A stretch of DNA of 64,000 bases from contig CM082577.2 in NCBI GenBank assembly GCA_040954595.2, forward strand, positions 17,439,500 to 17,503,499, read 5' to 3'. Source of the stretch: Balanoglossus misakiensis. Taxonomy: Eukaryota > Animalia > Hemichordata. The position numbers and the translations under genes were made by a program. Below are positions 23,901 to 38,900 of the stretch, one piece after another (position 1 is the stretch's first letter; every line of letters starts with the position of its first letter). The notes under the pieces are model-generated. The model saw nothing but the letters and a program-made list of their open reading frames with translations. It was not told the DNA's origin and ran no database searches.

Positions 23901-26900
23901 TTCTATACTCCATCAGATTTCCGAAAATGTAGAAAACAGTTATTTTTTGTAATTTTCAAAAATTTACCATTTTGACCAAATTGTGGCTAAAAATGTTATT
24001 TTCGTGTTGAATGCCGCCAGTGTCACTGCCTTTAAAAGTCATAAAAACTTTGAACATACAAGCAATTGTTTATATATGATCAGGTCACCGAATTAAAAAA
24101 ATAAAGAATGTTTTGCCTAAAAATGACCTTTTTGGTGCAAAAACGCAATTTTGTATTAAATCAGCTCATTCAGAGTGCATTTTTTATAATCAGCACCATT
24201 TTTACATATAATGGAAATTTCATACATCATCAGATATCCAAATATGAAAAAATGATTTAGATTTTAGATGATTGTCCAAAATTAGCTGATATCTAATTAA
24301 TGTAGTATTGAATCGTTCTGTTCCCCCCCCCCCCCTACATTATATGCCGTACGCCGATGTCAGCTAACCCGGCAGTACTGCAGGCCGTGCCCCCAACTAA
24401 CGTCGGTGTTTGAAACGCCCTGGTTAAATTCGGGCTTTCTCTATAAATTGACAGGCAATAATGCAGTCCTACCCGAACAAATGTCGAGTGTTGACCCGCT
24501 GTGACTTTCCCTCTTCGGTTTGCCCGACTTAGCCAACGTCTTTGTACTAGAGTGTCGGGTCTTTTGCAGAGCCAGGCCGAAGGAAATCCGACTTGATCAC
24601 CGTTGCTAACGAACGCTAGTGTCTGTCATGGTGTTCCGGGGTTTTAGTCGAGCCAGGCCGTAGGAGATCTGACGTGATCATCTTGGTCAATGTACGCGTG
24701 TTTCCGCTCTAAAGTGCCGGGGCTTCAGCTAAACCAGGCCGTAGGAAATCCGACGTAATCACCGTTGATAACTTACGCCAGTCTGTGTCATATAGAGCCG
24801 GTGCACCAGCCGAGTCACGCCGTAAGAAATCTGACTTGATCAACGTGGTCAATGTACGCCTGTTTCTGCTCTAGAGTGCCGGGGCTTCAGCTGAGCCAGG
24901 CCGTAGGAAACCCGACGTGATTACCGTTGTTAACTTACGCCAGTCTGTGTCCTATAGTGCCGGGGCATCAGCCGTGCCAGGCCGAAGGAAATGTGAGTTG
25001 ATCAACGTGGTCTCTGTACGCGTGTTTCTGCTCTAGAGTGCCTGGGCTTTAGCCAAGCTATGCCGTAGGAAATCTGACTTGATCGACGTTGCTACCGAAC
25101 GCTAGTGTTTGTCATAGTGTGCCGGGGTTTTAGTCGAGCCAAGCCATAGGAGATCAGACTTGATCAACATGGTCTCTGTACGCGTGTTTCTGCTCTAGAG
25201 TGCCGGGGCTTTATCCAAGCCATGCCGTAGAAAATCTGACTTGATCACCGTTGCTAACGTACGCTAGTGTCTGTCATATTGTGACGGAGATTTAGCCGAG
25301 CCAGGCCGTAGAAAAATCGACTTGTTCAACGTTACCAGTGTGCAACTGTTTCTGCTCTAGAGTGTCAGGGTTTAAGCCGACTTATGCTGTAGGAAATCTG
25401 AGTTGATGAACGGGAATCCAATGTTAGAAAACCCGTGTGGAAAGTATCTCTACCCGTTTGAAACTAAGAAAAGAATTTATTCTTATTTATTTTGTAAAAA
25501 AGACAATTTTTCGAAAAAAAAGTCGAAAATGGTAATTTTGTCTTGGGTGATTCAAATTATACCGCCTTTTCTGGAATTTGCAGCACTTTTTACAAGAGAA
25601 CGACACTTCATGCTCCATAATATTTCTGAAAATGAAGAAAAGAGTTAATTTTTTTATGATTTTTTAAAAATTTACCATTTTTGTCAAAATATGGCCAAAA
25701 TGGCTATTTTTTCTTGAATTCCGTCAATATCTCTGCATTTTTTGAGTGGTCGAAAGTTTTAACATACAATCAACATGTCATATATGATCAGGGCACCAAA
25801 TTCGAAGAACAAAGGTTTTTTTATTATTTTTTCTAAAAATGACATTTTCAAGGAAAATTTGGTAAAACGCAATTTTGTCTGCAGTGAGCCAAATTAGACG
25901 GTCTTTTGTGGAATTTGTATCGATATATACACACGAAGAGCATTCTATACTCCATCAGATTTCCGACTTATGCTGTAGGAAATCTGAGTTGATGAACGGG
26001 AATCCAATGTTAGAAAACCCGTGTGGAAAGTATCTCTACCCGTTTGAAACTAAGAAAAGAATTTATTCTTATTTATTTTGTAAAAAAGACAATTTTTCGA
26101 AAAAAAGTCGAAAATGGTAATTTTGTCTTGGGTGATTCAAATTATACCGCCTTTTCTGGAATTTGCAGCACTTTTTACAAGAGAACGACACTTCATGCTC
26201 CATAATATTTCTGAAAATGAAGAAAAGAGTTAATTTTTTTATGATTTTTTAAAAATTTACCATTTTTGTCAAAATATGGCCAAAATGGCTATTTTTTCTT
26301 GAATTCCGTCAATATCTCTGCATTTTTTGAGTGGTCGAAAGTTTTAACATACAATCAACATGTCATGTATGATCAGGGCACCAAATTCGAAGAACAAAGG
26401 TTTTTTTTATTATTTTTTCTAAAAATGACATTTTTAAGGAAAATTTGGTAAAACGCAATTTTGTCTGCAGTGAGCCAAATTAGACGGTCTTTTGTGGAAT
26501 TTGTATCGATATATACATACGAAGAGCATTCTATACTCCATCAGATTTCCGAAAATGTAGAAAACAGTTATTTTTTGTAATTTTCAAAAATTTACCATTT
26601 TGACCAAATTGTGGCTAAAAATGTTATTTTCGTGTTGAATGCCGCCAGTGTCACTGCCTTTAAAAGTCATAAAAACTTTGAACATACAAGCAATTGTTTA
26701 TATATGATCAGGTCACCGAATTAAAAAAATAAAGAATGTTTTGCCTAAAAATGACCTTTTTGGTGCAAAAACGCAATTTTGTATTAAATCAGCTCATTCA
26801 GAGTGCATTTTTTATAATCAGCACCATTTTTACATATAATGGAAATTTCATACATCATCAGATATCCAAATATGAAAAAATGATTTAGATTTTAGATGAT

Positions 26901-29900
26901 TGTCCAAAATTAGCTGATATCTAATAAATGTAGTATTGAACCGTTCTGTTCCCCCCCCCCCCCTACATTATATGCCGTACGCCGATGTAAGCTAACCCGG
27001 CAGTACTGCAGGCCGTGCCCCCAACTAACGTCGGTGTTTGAAACGCCCTGGTTAAATTCGGGCTTTCTCTATAAATTGACAGGCAATAATGCAGTCCTAC
27101 CCGAACAAATGTCGAGTGTTGACCCGCTGTGACTTTCCCTCTTCGGTTTGCCCGACTTAGCCAACGTCTTTGTACTAGAGTGTCGGGTCTTTTGCAGAGC
27201 CAGGCCGAAGGAAATCCGACTTGATCACCGTTGCTAACGAACGCTAGTGTCTGTCATGGTGTTCCGGGGTTTTAGTCGAGCCAGGCCGTAGGAGATCTGA
27301 CGTGATCATCTTGGTCAATGTACGCGTGTTTCCGCTCTAAAGTGCCGGGGCTTCAGCTAAACCAGGCCGTAGGAAATCCGACGTAATCACCGTTGATAAC
27401 TTACGCCAGTCTGTGTCATATAGAGCCGGTGCACCAGCCGAGTCACGCCGTAAGAAATCTGACTTGATCAACGTGGTCAATGTACGCCTGTTTCTGCTCT
27501 AGAGTGCCGGGGCTTCAGCTGAGCCAGGCCGTAGGAAACCCGACGTGATTACCGTTGTTAACTCACGCCAGTCTGTGTCCTATAGTGCCGGGGCATCAGC
27601 CGTGCCAGGCCGAAGGAAATGTGAGTTGATCAACGTGGTCTCTGTACGCGTGTTTCTGCTCTAGAGTGCCTGGGCTTTAGCCAAGCTATGCCGTAGGAAA
27701 TCGGACTTGATCAACGTTGCTACCGAACGCTAGTGTCTGTCATAGTGTGCCGGGGTTTTAGTCGAGCCAAGCCGTAGGAGATCAGACTTGATCAACATGG
27801 TCTCTGTACGCGTGTTTCTGCTCTAGAGTGCCGGGGCTTTATCCAAGCCATGCCGTAGAAAATCTGACTTGATCACCGTTGCTAACGTACGCTAGTGTCT
27901 GTCATATTGTGACGGAGATTTAGCCGAGCCAGGCCGTAGACAAATCGACTTGTTCAACGTTACCAGTGTGCAACTGTTTCTGCTCTAGAGTGTCAGGGTT
28001 TAAGCCGACTGATGCTGTAGGAAATCTGAGTTGATAAACGGGAATTCAATGTTAGAAAACCCGTGTGGAAAGTATCTCTACCCGTTTGAAACTAAGAAAA
28101 GAATTTATTCTTATTTATTTTGTAAAAAAAGACAATTTTTCGAAAAAAAAGTCGAAAATGGTAATTTTGTCTTGGGTGATTCAAATTATACCGCCTTTTC
28201 TGGAATTTGCAGCACTTTTTACAAGAGAACGACACTTCATGCTCCATAATATTTCTGAAAATGAAGAAAAGAGTTAATTTTTTATGATTTTTTTAAAAAA
28301 TTACCATTTTTGTCAAAATATGGCCAAAATGGCTATTTTTTCTTGAATTCCGTCAATATCTCTGCATTTTTTGAGTGGTCGAAAGTTTTAACATACAACC
28401 AACATGTCATATATGATCAGGGCACCAAATTCGAAGAACAAAGTTTTTTTTTTTTTTTCTAAAAATGACATTTTCAAGGAAAATTTGGTAAAACGCAATT
28501 TTGTCTGCAGTGAGCCAAATTAGACGGTCTTTTGTGGAATTTGTATCGATATATACATACGAAGAGCATTCTATACTCCATCAGATTTCCGAAAATGTAG
28601 AAAACAGTTATTTTTTGTAATTTTCAAAAATTTACCATTTTGACCAAATTGTGGCTAAAATTGTTATTTTCGTGTTGAATGCCGCCAGTGTCACTGCTTT
28701 TAAAAGTCATAAAAACTTTGAACATACAAGCAATTGGTTATATATGATCAGGTCACCGAATTAAAAAAATAAAGAATGTTTTGCCTAAAAATGACCTTTT
28801 TGGTGCAAAAACGAATAAATCGCAATTTTGTATTAAATCAGCTCATTCAGAGTGCATTTTTTATAATCAGCACCATTTTTACATATAATGGAAATTTCAT
28901 ACATCATCAGATATCCAAATATGAAAAAATGATTTAGATTTTAGATGATTGTCCAAAATTTGCTGATATCTAATAAATGTAGTATTGAACCGTTCTGTTC
29001 CCCCCCCCCTACATTATATGCGGTACGCCGATGTCAGCTTACCCGGCAGTACTGCAGGCCGTGCCCCCAACTAACGTCGGTGTTTGAAACGCCCTGGTTA
29101 AATTCGGGCTTTCTCTATAAATTGACAGGCAATAATGCAGTCCTACCCGAACAAATGTCGAGTGTTGACCCGCTGTGACTTTCCCTCTTCGGTTTGCCCG
29201 ACTTAGCCACCGTCTTTGTACTAGAGTGTCGGGTCTTTTGCAGAGCCAGGCCGAAGGAAATCCGACTTGATCACCGTTGCTAACGAACGCTAGTGTCTGT
29301 CATGGTGTGCCGGGGTTTTAGTCGAGCCAGGCCGTAGGAGATCTGACTTGATCATCGTGGTCAATGTACGCGTGTTTCCGCTCTAAAGTGCCGGGGCTTC
29401 AGCTAATCCAGGCCGTAGGAAATCCGACGTAATCACCGTTGATAACTTACGCCAGTCTGTGTCATATAGAGCCGGTGCACCAGCCGAGTCACGCCGTAGG
29501 AAATCTGACTTGATCAACGTAGTCAATGTACGCCTGTTTCTGCTCTAGAGTGCCGGGGCTTCAGCTGAGCCAGGCCGTAGGAAACCCGACGTGATTACCG
29601 TTGTTAACTTACGCCAGTCTGTGTCCTATAGTGCCGGGGCATCAGCCGTGCCAGGCCGAAGGAAATGTGAGTTGATCAACGTGGTCTCTGTACGCGTGTT
29701 TCTGCTCTAGAGTGCCTGGGCTTTAGCCAAGCTATGCCGTAGGAAATCTGACTTGATCAACGTTGCTACCGAACGCTAGTGTCTGTCATAGTGTGCCGGG
29801 GTTTTAGTCGAGCCAAGCCGTAGGAGATCAGACTTGATCAACATGGTCTCTGTACGCGTGTTTCTGCTCTAGAGTGCCGGGGCTTTATCCAAGCCATGCC

Positions 29901-32900
29901 GTAGAAAATCTGACTTGATCACCGTTGCTAACGTACGCTAGTGTCTGTCATATTGTGACGGAGATTTAGCCGAGCTAGGCCATAGACAAATCGACTTGTT
30001 CAACGTTACCAGTGTGCAACTGTTTCTGCTCTAGAGTGTCAGGGTTTAAGCCGACTTATGCTGTAGGAAATCCGAGTTGATGAACGGTAATTCAATGTTA
30101 GAAAACCCGTGTGGAAAGTTTCTCTACCCGTTTGAAACTAAGAAAAGAATTTATTCTTATTTATTTTGTAAAAAAGACAATTTTCCGAAAAAAAAGTCGA
30201 AAATGGTAATTTTGTCTTGGGTGATTCAAATTATACCGCCTTTTCTGGAATTTGCAGCACTTTTAACAAGAGAACGACACTCCATGCTCCATAATATTTT
30301 CTGAAAATGAAGAAAAGGGTTAATTTTTATGATTTTTTAAAAATTTACAATTTTTGTCAAATATGGCCAAAATGGCTATTTTTTCTTGAATTCCGTCAAT
30401 ATCTCTGCATTTTTTGAGTGGTCGAAAGTTTTAACATACAATCAACATGTCATATATGATCATGGCACCAAATTCGAAGAACAAAGGTTTTTTTATTATT
30501 TTTTCTAAAAATGACATTTTCAAGGAAAATTTGGTAAAATGGAATTTTGTCTGCAGTGAGCCAAATTAGACGGTCTTTTGTGGAATTTGTATCGATATAT
30601 ACATACGAAGAGCATTCTATACTCCATCAGATTTCCGAAAATGTAGAAAACAGTTATTTTTTGTAATTTTCAAAAATTTACCATTTTGACCAAATTGTGG
30701 CTAAAATTGTTATTTTCGTGTTGAATGCCGCCAGTGTCACTGCTTTTAAAAGTCATAAAAACTTTGAACATACAAGCAATTGTTTATATATGATCAGGTC
30801 ACCGAATTAAAAAAATAAAGAATGTTTTGCCTAAAAATGACCTTTTTGGTGCAAAAACGCAATTTTGTATTAAATCAGCTCATTCAGAGTGCATTTTTTA
30901 TAATCAGCACCATTTTTACATATAATGGAAATTTCATACATCATCAGATATCCAAATATGAAAAAATGATTTAGATTTTAGATGATTGTCCAAAATTTGC
31001 TGATATCTAATAAATGTAGTATTGAACCGTTCTGTTCCCCCCCCCCTACATTATATGCGGTACGCCGATGTCAGCTTACCCGGCAGTACTGCAGGCCGTG
31101 CCCCCAACTAACGTCGGTGTTTGAAACGCCCTGGTTAAATTCGGGCTTTCTCTATAAATTGACAGGCAATAATGCAGTCCTACCCGAACAAATGTCGAGT
31201 GTTGACCCGCTGTGACTTTCCCTCTTCGGTTTGCCCGACTTAGCCACCGTCTTTGTACTAGAGTGTCGGGTCTTTTGCAGAGCCAGGCCGAAGGAAATCC
31301 GACTTGATCACCGTTGCTAACGAACGCTAGTGTCTGTCATGGTGTGCCGGGGTTTTAGTCGAGCCAGGCCGTAGGAGATCTGACTTGATCATCGTGGTCA
31401 ATGTACGCGTGTTTCCGCTCTAAAGTGCCGGGGCTTCAGCTAATCCAGGCCGTAGGAAATCCGACGTAATCACCGTTGATAACTTACGCCAGTCTGTGTC
31501 ATATAGAGCCGGTGCACCAGCCGAGTCACGCCGTAGGAAATCTGACTTGATCAACGTAGTCAATGTACGCCTGTTTCTGCTCTAGAGTGCCGGGGCTTCA
31601 GCTGAGCCAGGCCGTAGGAAACCCGACGTGATTACCGTTGTTAACTTACGCCAGTCTGTGTCCTATAGTGCCGGGGCATCAGCCGTGCCAGGCCGAAGGA
31701 AATGTGAGTTGATCAACGTGGTCTCTGTACGCGTGTTTCTGCTCTAGAGTGCCTGGGCTTTAGCCAAGCTATGCCGTAGGAAATCTGACTTGATCAACGT
31801 TGCTACCGAACGCTAGTGTCTGTCATAGTGTGCCGGGGTTTTAGTCGAGCCAAGCCGTAGGAGATCAGACTTGATCAACATGGTCTCTGTACGCGTGTTT
31901 CTGCTCTAGAGTGCCGGGGCTTTATCCAAGCCATGCCGTAGAAAATCTGACTTGATCACCGTTGCTAACGTACGCTAGTGTCTGTCATATTGTGACGGAG
32001 ATTTAGCCGAGCTAGGCCATAGACAAATCGACTTGTTCAACGTTACCAGTGTGCAACTGTTTCTGCTCTAGAGTGTCAGGGTTTAAGCCGACTTATGCTG
32101 TAGGAAATCCGAGTTGATGAACGGTAATTCAATGTTAGAAAACCCGTGTGGAAAGTTTCTCTACCCGTTTGAAACTAAGAAAAGAATTTATTCTTATTTA
32201 TTTTGTAAAAAAGACAATTTTCCGAAAAAAAAGTCGAAAATGGTAATTTTGTCTTGGGTGATTCAAATTATACCGCCTTTTCTGGAATTTGCAGCACTTT
32301 TAACAAGAGAACGACACTCCATGCTCCATAATATTTTCTGAAAATGAAGAAAAGGGTTAATTTTTATGATTTTTTAAAAATTTACAATTTTTGTCAAATA
32401 TGGCCAAAATGGCTATTTTTTCTTGAATTCCGTCAATATCTCTGCATTTTTTGAGTGGTCGAAAGTTTTAACATACAATCAACATGTCATATATGATCAT
32501 GGCACCAAATTCGAAGAACAAAGGTTTTTTTATTATTTTTTCTAAAAATGACATTTTCAAGGAAAATTTGGTAAAATGGAATTTTGTCTGCAGTGAGCCA
32601 AATTAGACGGTCTTTTGTGGAATTTGTATCGATATATACATACGAAGAGCATTCTATACTCCATCAGATTTCCGAAAATGTAGAAAACAGTTATTTTTTG
32701 TAATTTTCAAAAATTTACCATTTTGACCAAATTGTGGCTAAAATTGTTATTTTCGTGTTGAATGCCGCCAGTGTCACTGCTTTTAAAAGTCATAAAAACT
32801 TTGAACATACAAGCAATTGTTTATATATGATCAGGTCACCGAATTAAAAAAATAAAGAATGTTTTGCCTAAAAATGACCTTTTTGGTGCAAAAACGCAAT

Positions 32901-35900
32901 TTTGCATTAAATCAGCTCATTCGGAGTGCATTTTTTATAATCAGCACCATTTTTACATATAATGGAAATTTCATACATCATCAGATATCCAAATATGAAA
33001 AAATGATTTAGATTTTAGATGATTGTCCAAAATTAGCTGATATCTAATAAATGTAGTATTGAACCGTTCTGTTCCCCCCCCCTACATTATATGCCGTACG
33101 CCGATGTCAGCTAACCCGGCAGTACTGCAGGCCGTGCCCCCAACTAACGTCGGTGTTTGAAACGCCCTGGTTAAATTCGGGCTTTCTCTATAAATTGACA
33201 GGCAATAATGCAGTCCTACCCGAACAAATGTCGAGTGTTGACCCGCTGTGACTTTCCCTCTTCGGTTTGCCCGACTTAGCCAACGTCTTTGTACTAGAGT
33301 GTCGGGTCTTTTGCAGAGCCAGGCCGAAGGAAATCCGACTTGATCACCGTTGCTAACGAACGCTAGTGTCTGTCATGGTGTGCCGGGGTTTTAGTCGAGC
33401 CAGGCCGTAGGAGATCTGACTTGATCATCGTGGTCAATGTACGCGTGTTTCCGCTCTAAAGTGCCGGGGCTTCAGCTAAACCAGGCCGTAGGAAATCCGA
33501 CGTAATCACCGTTGATAACTTACGCCAGTCTGTGTCATATAGAGCCGGTGCACCAGCCGAGTCACGCCGTAGGAAATCTGACTTGATCAACGTGGTCAAT
33601 GTACGCCTGTTTCTGCTCTAGAGTGCCGGGGCTTCAGCTGAGCCAGGCCGTAGGAAACCCGACGTGATTACCGTTGTTAACTTACGCCAGTCTGTGTCCT
33701 ATAGTGCCGGGGCATCAGCCGTGCCAGGCCGAAGGAAATGTGAGTTGATCAACGTGGTCTCTGTACGCGTGTTTCTGCTCTAGAGTGCCGGGGCTTTATC
33801 CAAGCCATGCCGTAGAAAATCTGACTTGATCACCGTTGCTAACGTACGCTAGTGTCTGTCATATTGTGACGGAGATTTAGCCGAGCCAGGCCGTAGAAAA
33901 ATCGACTTGTTCAACGTTACCAGTGTGCAACTGTTTCTGCTCTAGAGTGTCAGGGTTTAAGCCGACTTATGCTGTAGGAAATCTGAGTTGATGAACAGGA
34001 ATCCAATGTTAGAAAACCCGTGTGGAAAGTGTCTCTACCCGTTTGAAACTAAGAAAAGAATTTATTCTTATTTATTTTGTAAAAAAGACAATTTTTCGAA
34101 AAAAAGTCGAAAATGGTAATTTTGTCTTGGGTGATTCAAATTATACCGCCTTTTCTGGAATTTGCAGCACTTTTTACAAGAGAACGACACTCCATGCTCC
34201 ATAATATTTCTGAAAATGAAGAAAAGAGTTAATTTTTTATGATTTTTTAAAAATTTACCTATTTTGTTAAAATATGGCCAAAATGGCTATTTTTTCTTGA
34301 ATTCCGTCAATATCTCTGCATTTTTTGAGTGGTCGAAAGTTTTAACATACAATCAACATGTCATATATGATCAGGGCACCAAATTCGAAGAACAAAGGTT
34401 TTTTTATTATTTTTTCTAAAAATTACATTTTCAAGGAAAATTTGGTAAAATGCAATTTTGTCTGCAGTGAGCCAAATTAGACGGTCTTTTGTGGAATTTG
34501 TATCGATATATACATACGAAGAGCATTCTATACTCCATCAGATTTCCGAAAATGTAGAAAACAGTTATTTTTTGTAATTTTCAAAAATTTACCATTTTGA
34601 CCAAATTGTGGCTAAAATTGTTATTTTCGTGTTGAATGCCGCCAGTGTCACTGCTTTTAAAAGTCATAAAAACTTTGAACATACAAGCAATTGTTTATAT
34701 ATGATCAGGTCACCGAATTAAAAAAATAAAGAATGTTTTGCCTAAAAATGACCTTTTTGGTGCAAAAACGCAATTTTGTATTAAATCAGCTTATTCAGAG
34801 TGCATTTTTTATAATCAGCACCATTTTTACATATAATGGAAATTTCATACATCATCAGATATCCAAATATGAAAAAATGATTTAGATTTTAGATGATTGT
34901 CCAAAATTAGCTGATATCTAATAAATGTAGTATTGAACCGTTCTGTTTCCCCCCCCCCCCTACATTATATGCCGTACGCCGATGTCAGCTAACCCGGCAG
35001 TACTGCAGGCCGTGCCCCCAACTAACGTCGGTGTTTGAAACGCCCTGGTTAAATGCGGGCTTTCTCTATAAATTGACAGGCAATAATGCAGTCCTACCCG
35101 AACAAATGTCGAGTGTTGACCCGCTGTGACTTTCCCTCTTCGGTTTGCCCGACTTAGCCAACGTCTTTGTACTAGAGTGTCGGGTCTTTTGCAGAGCCAG
35201 GCCGACGGAAATCCGACTTGATCACCGTTGCTAACGAACGCTAGTGTCTGTCATGGTGTGCCGGGGTTTTAGTCGAGCCAGGCCGTAGGAGATCTGACTT
35301 GATCATCGTGGTCAATGTACGCGTGTTTCCGCTCTAAAGTGCCGGGGCTTCAGCTAAACCAGGCCGTAGGAAATCCGACGTAATCACCGTTGATAACTTA
35401 CGCCAGTCTGTGTCATATAGAGCCGGTGCACCAGCCGAGTCACGCCGTAGGAAATCTGACTTGATCAACGTGGTCAATGTACGCCTGTTTCTGCTCTAGA
35501 GTGCCGGGGCTTCAGCTGAGCCAGGCCGTAGGAAACCCGACGTGATTACCGTTGTTAACTTACGCCAGTCTGTGTCCTATAGTGCCGGGGCATCAGCCGT
35601 GCCAGGCCGAAGGAAATGTGAGTTGATCAACGTGGTCTCTGTACGCGTGTTTCTGCTCTAGAGTGCCGGGGCTTTATCCAAGCCATGCCGTAGAAAATCT
35701 GACTTGATCACCGTTGCTAACGTACGCTAGTGTCTGTCATATTGTGACGGAGATTTAGCCGAGCCAGGCCGTAGAAAAATCGACTTGTTCAACGTTACCA
35801 GTGTGCAACTGTTTCTGCTCTAGAATGTCAGGGTTTAAGCCGACTTATGCTGTAGGAAATCTGAGTTGATGAACGGGAATCCAATGTTAGAAAACCCGTG

Positions 35901-38900
35901 TGGAAAGTATCTCTACCCGTTTGAAACTAAGAAAAGAATTTATTCTTATTTATTTTGTAAAAAAGACAATTTTTCAAAAAAAAAAGTCGAAAATGGTAAT
36001 TTTGTCTTGGGTGATTCAAATTATCTCGCCTTTTCTGGAATTTGCAGCACTTTTTACAAGAGAACGACACTTCATGCTCCATAATATTTCTGAAAATGAA
36101 GAAAAGAGTTAATTTTTTATGATTTTTTAAAAATTTACCATTTTTGTCAAATATGGCCAAAATGGCTATTTTTTCTTGAATTCCGTCAATATCTCTGCAT
36201 TTTTTGAGTGGTCGAAAGTTTTAACATACAATCAACATGTCATATATGATCAGGGCACCAAATTCGAAGAACAAAGGTTTTTTTATTATTTTTTCTAAAA
36301 ATGACATTTTCAAGGAAAATTTGGTAAAACGCAATTTTGTCTGCAGTGAGCCAAATTAGACGGTCTTTTGTGGAATTTGTATCGATATATACATACGAAG
36401 AGCATTCTATACTCCATCAGATTTCCGAAAATGTAGAAAACAGTTATTTTTTGTAATTTTCAAAAATTTACCATTTTGACCAAATTGTGGCTAAAATTGT
36501 TATTTTCGTGTTGAATGCCGCCAGTGTCACTGCTTTTAAAAGTCATAAAACCTTTGAACATACAAGCAATTGTTTATATATGATCAGGTCACCGAATTAA
36601 AAAAATAAAGAATGTTTTGCCTAAAAATGACCTTTTTGTTGCAAAAACGAATAAAACGCAATTTTGTATTAAATCAGCTCATTCAGAGTGCATTTTTTAT
36701 AATCAGCACCATTTTTACATATAATGGAAATTTCATACATCATCAGATATCCAAATATGAAAAAATGATTTAGATTTTAGATGATTGTCCAAAATTAGCT
36801 GATATCTAATAAATGTAGTATTGAACCGTTCTGTTCCCCCCCCCCTACATTATATGCCGTACGCCGATGTAAGCTAACCCGGCAGTACTGCAGGCCGTGC
36901 CCCCAACCAACGTCGGTGTTTGAAACGCCCTGGTTAAATTCGGGCTTTCTCTATAAATTGACAGGCAATAATGCAGTCCTACCCGAACAAATGTCGAGTG
37001 TTGACCCGCTGTGACTTTCCCTCTTCGGTTTGCCCGACTTAGCGAACGTCTTTGTACTAGAGTGTCGGGTCTTTTGCAGAGCCAGGCCGAAGGAAATCCG
37101 ACTTGATCACCGTTGCTAACGAACGCTAGTGTCTGTCATGGTGTGCCGGGGTTTTAGTCGAGCCAGGCCGTAGGAGATCTGACGTGATCATCTTGGTCAA
37201 TGTACGCGTGTTTCCGCTCTAAAGTGCCGGGGCTTCAGCTAAACAAGGCCGTAGGAAATCCGACGTAATCACCGTTGATAACTTACGCCAGTCTGTGTCA
37301 TATAGAGCCGGTGCACCAGCCGAGTCACGCCGTAAGAAATCTGACTTGATCAACGTGGTCAATGTACGCCTGTTTCTGCTCTAGAGTGCCGGGGCTTCAG
37401 CTGAGCCAGGCCGTAGGAAACCCGACGTGATTACCGTTGTTAACTTACGCCAGTCTGTGTCCTATAGTGCCGGGGCATCAGCCGTGCCAGGCCGAAGGAA
37501 ATGTGAGTTGATCAACGTGGTCTCTGTGCGCGTGTTTCTGCTCTAGAGTGCCTGGGCTTTAGCCAGGCTATGCCGTAGGAAATCTGACTTGATCGACGTT
37601 GCTACCGAACGCTAGTGTCTGTCATAGTGTGCCGGGGTTTTAGTCGAGCCAAGCCGTAGGAGATCAGACTTGATCAACATGGTCTCTGTACGCGTGTTTC
37701 TGCTCTAGAGTGCCGGGGCTTTATCCAAGCCATGCCGTAGAAAATCTGACTTGATCACCGTTGCTAACGTACGCTAGTGTCTGTCATATTGTGACGGAGA
37801 TTTAGCCGAGCCAGGCCGTAGAAAAATCGACTTGTTCAACGTTACCAGTGTGCAACTGTTTCTGCTCTAGAGTGTCAGGGTTTAAGCCGACTTATGCTGT
37901 AGGAAATCTGAGTTGATGAACGGGAATCCAATGTTAGAAAACCCGTGTGGAAAGTATCTCTACCCGTTTGAAACTAAGAAAAGAATTTATTCTTATTTAT
38001 TTTGTAAAAAAGACAATTTTTCGAAAAAAAGTCGAAAATGGTAATTTTGTCTTGGGTGATTCAAATTATACCGCCTTTTCTGGAATTTGCAGCACTTTTT
38101 ACAAGAGAACGACACTCCATGCTCCATAATATTTCTGAAAATGAAGAAAAGAGTTAATTTTTTATGATTTTTTAAAAATTTACCATTTTTGTTAAAATAT
38201 GGCCAAAATGGCTATTTTTTCTTGAATTCCGTCAATATCTCTGCATTTTTTGAGTGGTCGAAAGTTTTAACATACAATCAACATGTCATATATGATCAGG
38301 GCACCAAATTCGAAGAACAAAGGTTTTTTTATTATTTTTTCTAAAAATTACATTTTCAAGGAAAATTTGGTAAAATGCAATTTTGTCTGCAGTGAGCCAA
38401 ATTAGACGGTCTTTTGTGGAATTTGTATCGATATATACATACGAAGAGCATTCTATACTCCATCAGATTTCCGAAAATGTAGAAAACAGTTATTTTTTGT
38501 AATTTTCAAAAATTTACCATTTTGACCAAATTGTGGCTAAAATTGTTATTTTCGTGTTGAATGCCGCCAGTGTCACTGCTTTTAAAAGTCATAAAAACTT
38601 TGAACATACAAGCAATTGTTTATATATGATCAGGTCACCGAATTAAAAAAATAAAGAATGTTTTGCCTAAAAATGACCTTTTTGGTGCAAAAACGCAATT
38701 TTGTATTAAATCAGCTCATTCAGAGTGCATTTTTTATAATCAGCACCATTTTTACATATAATGGAAATTTCATACATCATCAGATATCCAAATATGAAAA
38801 AATGATTTAGATTTTAGATGATTGTCCAAAATTAGCTGATATCTAATAAATGTAGTATTGAACCGTTCTGTTCCCCCCCCCCCCCTACATTATATGCCGT

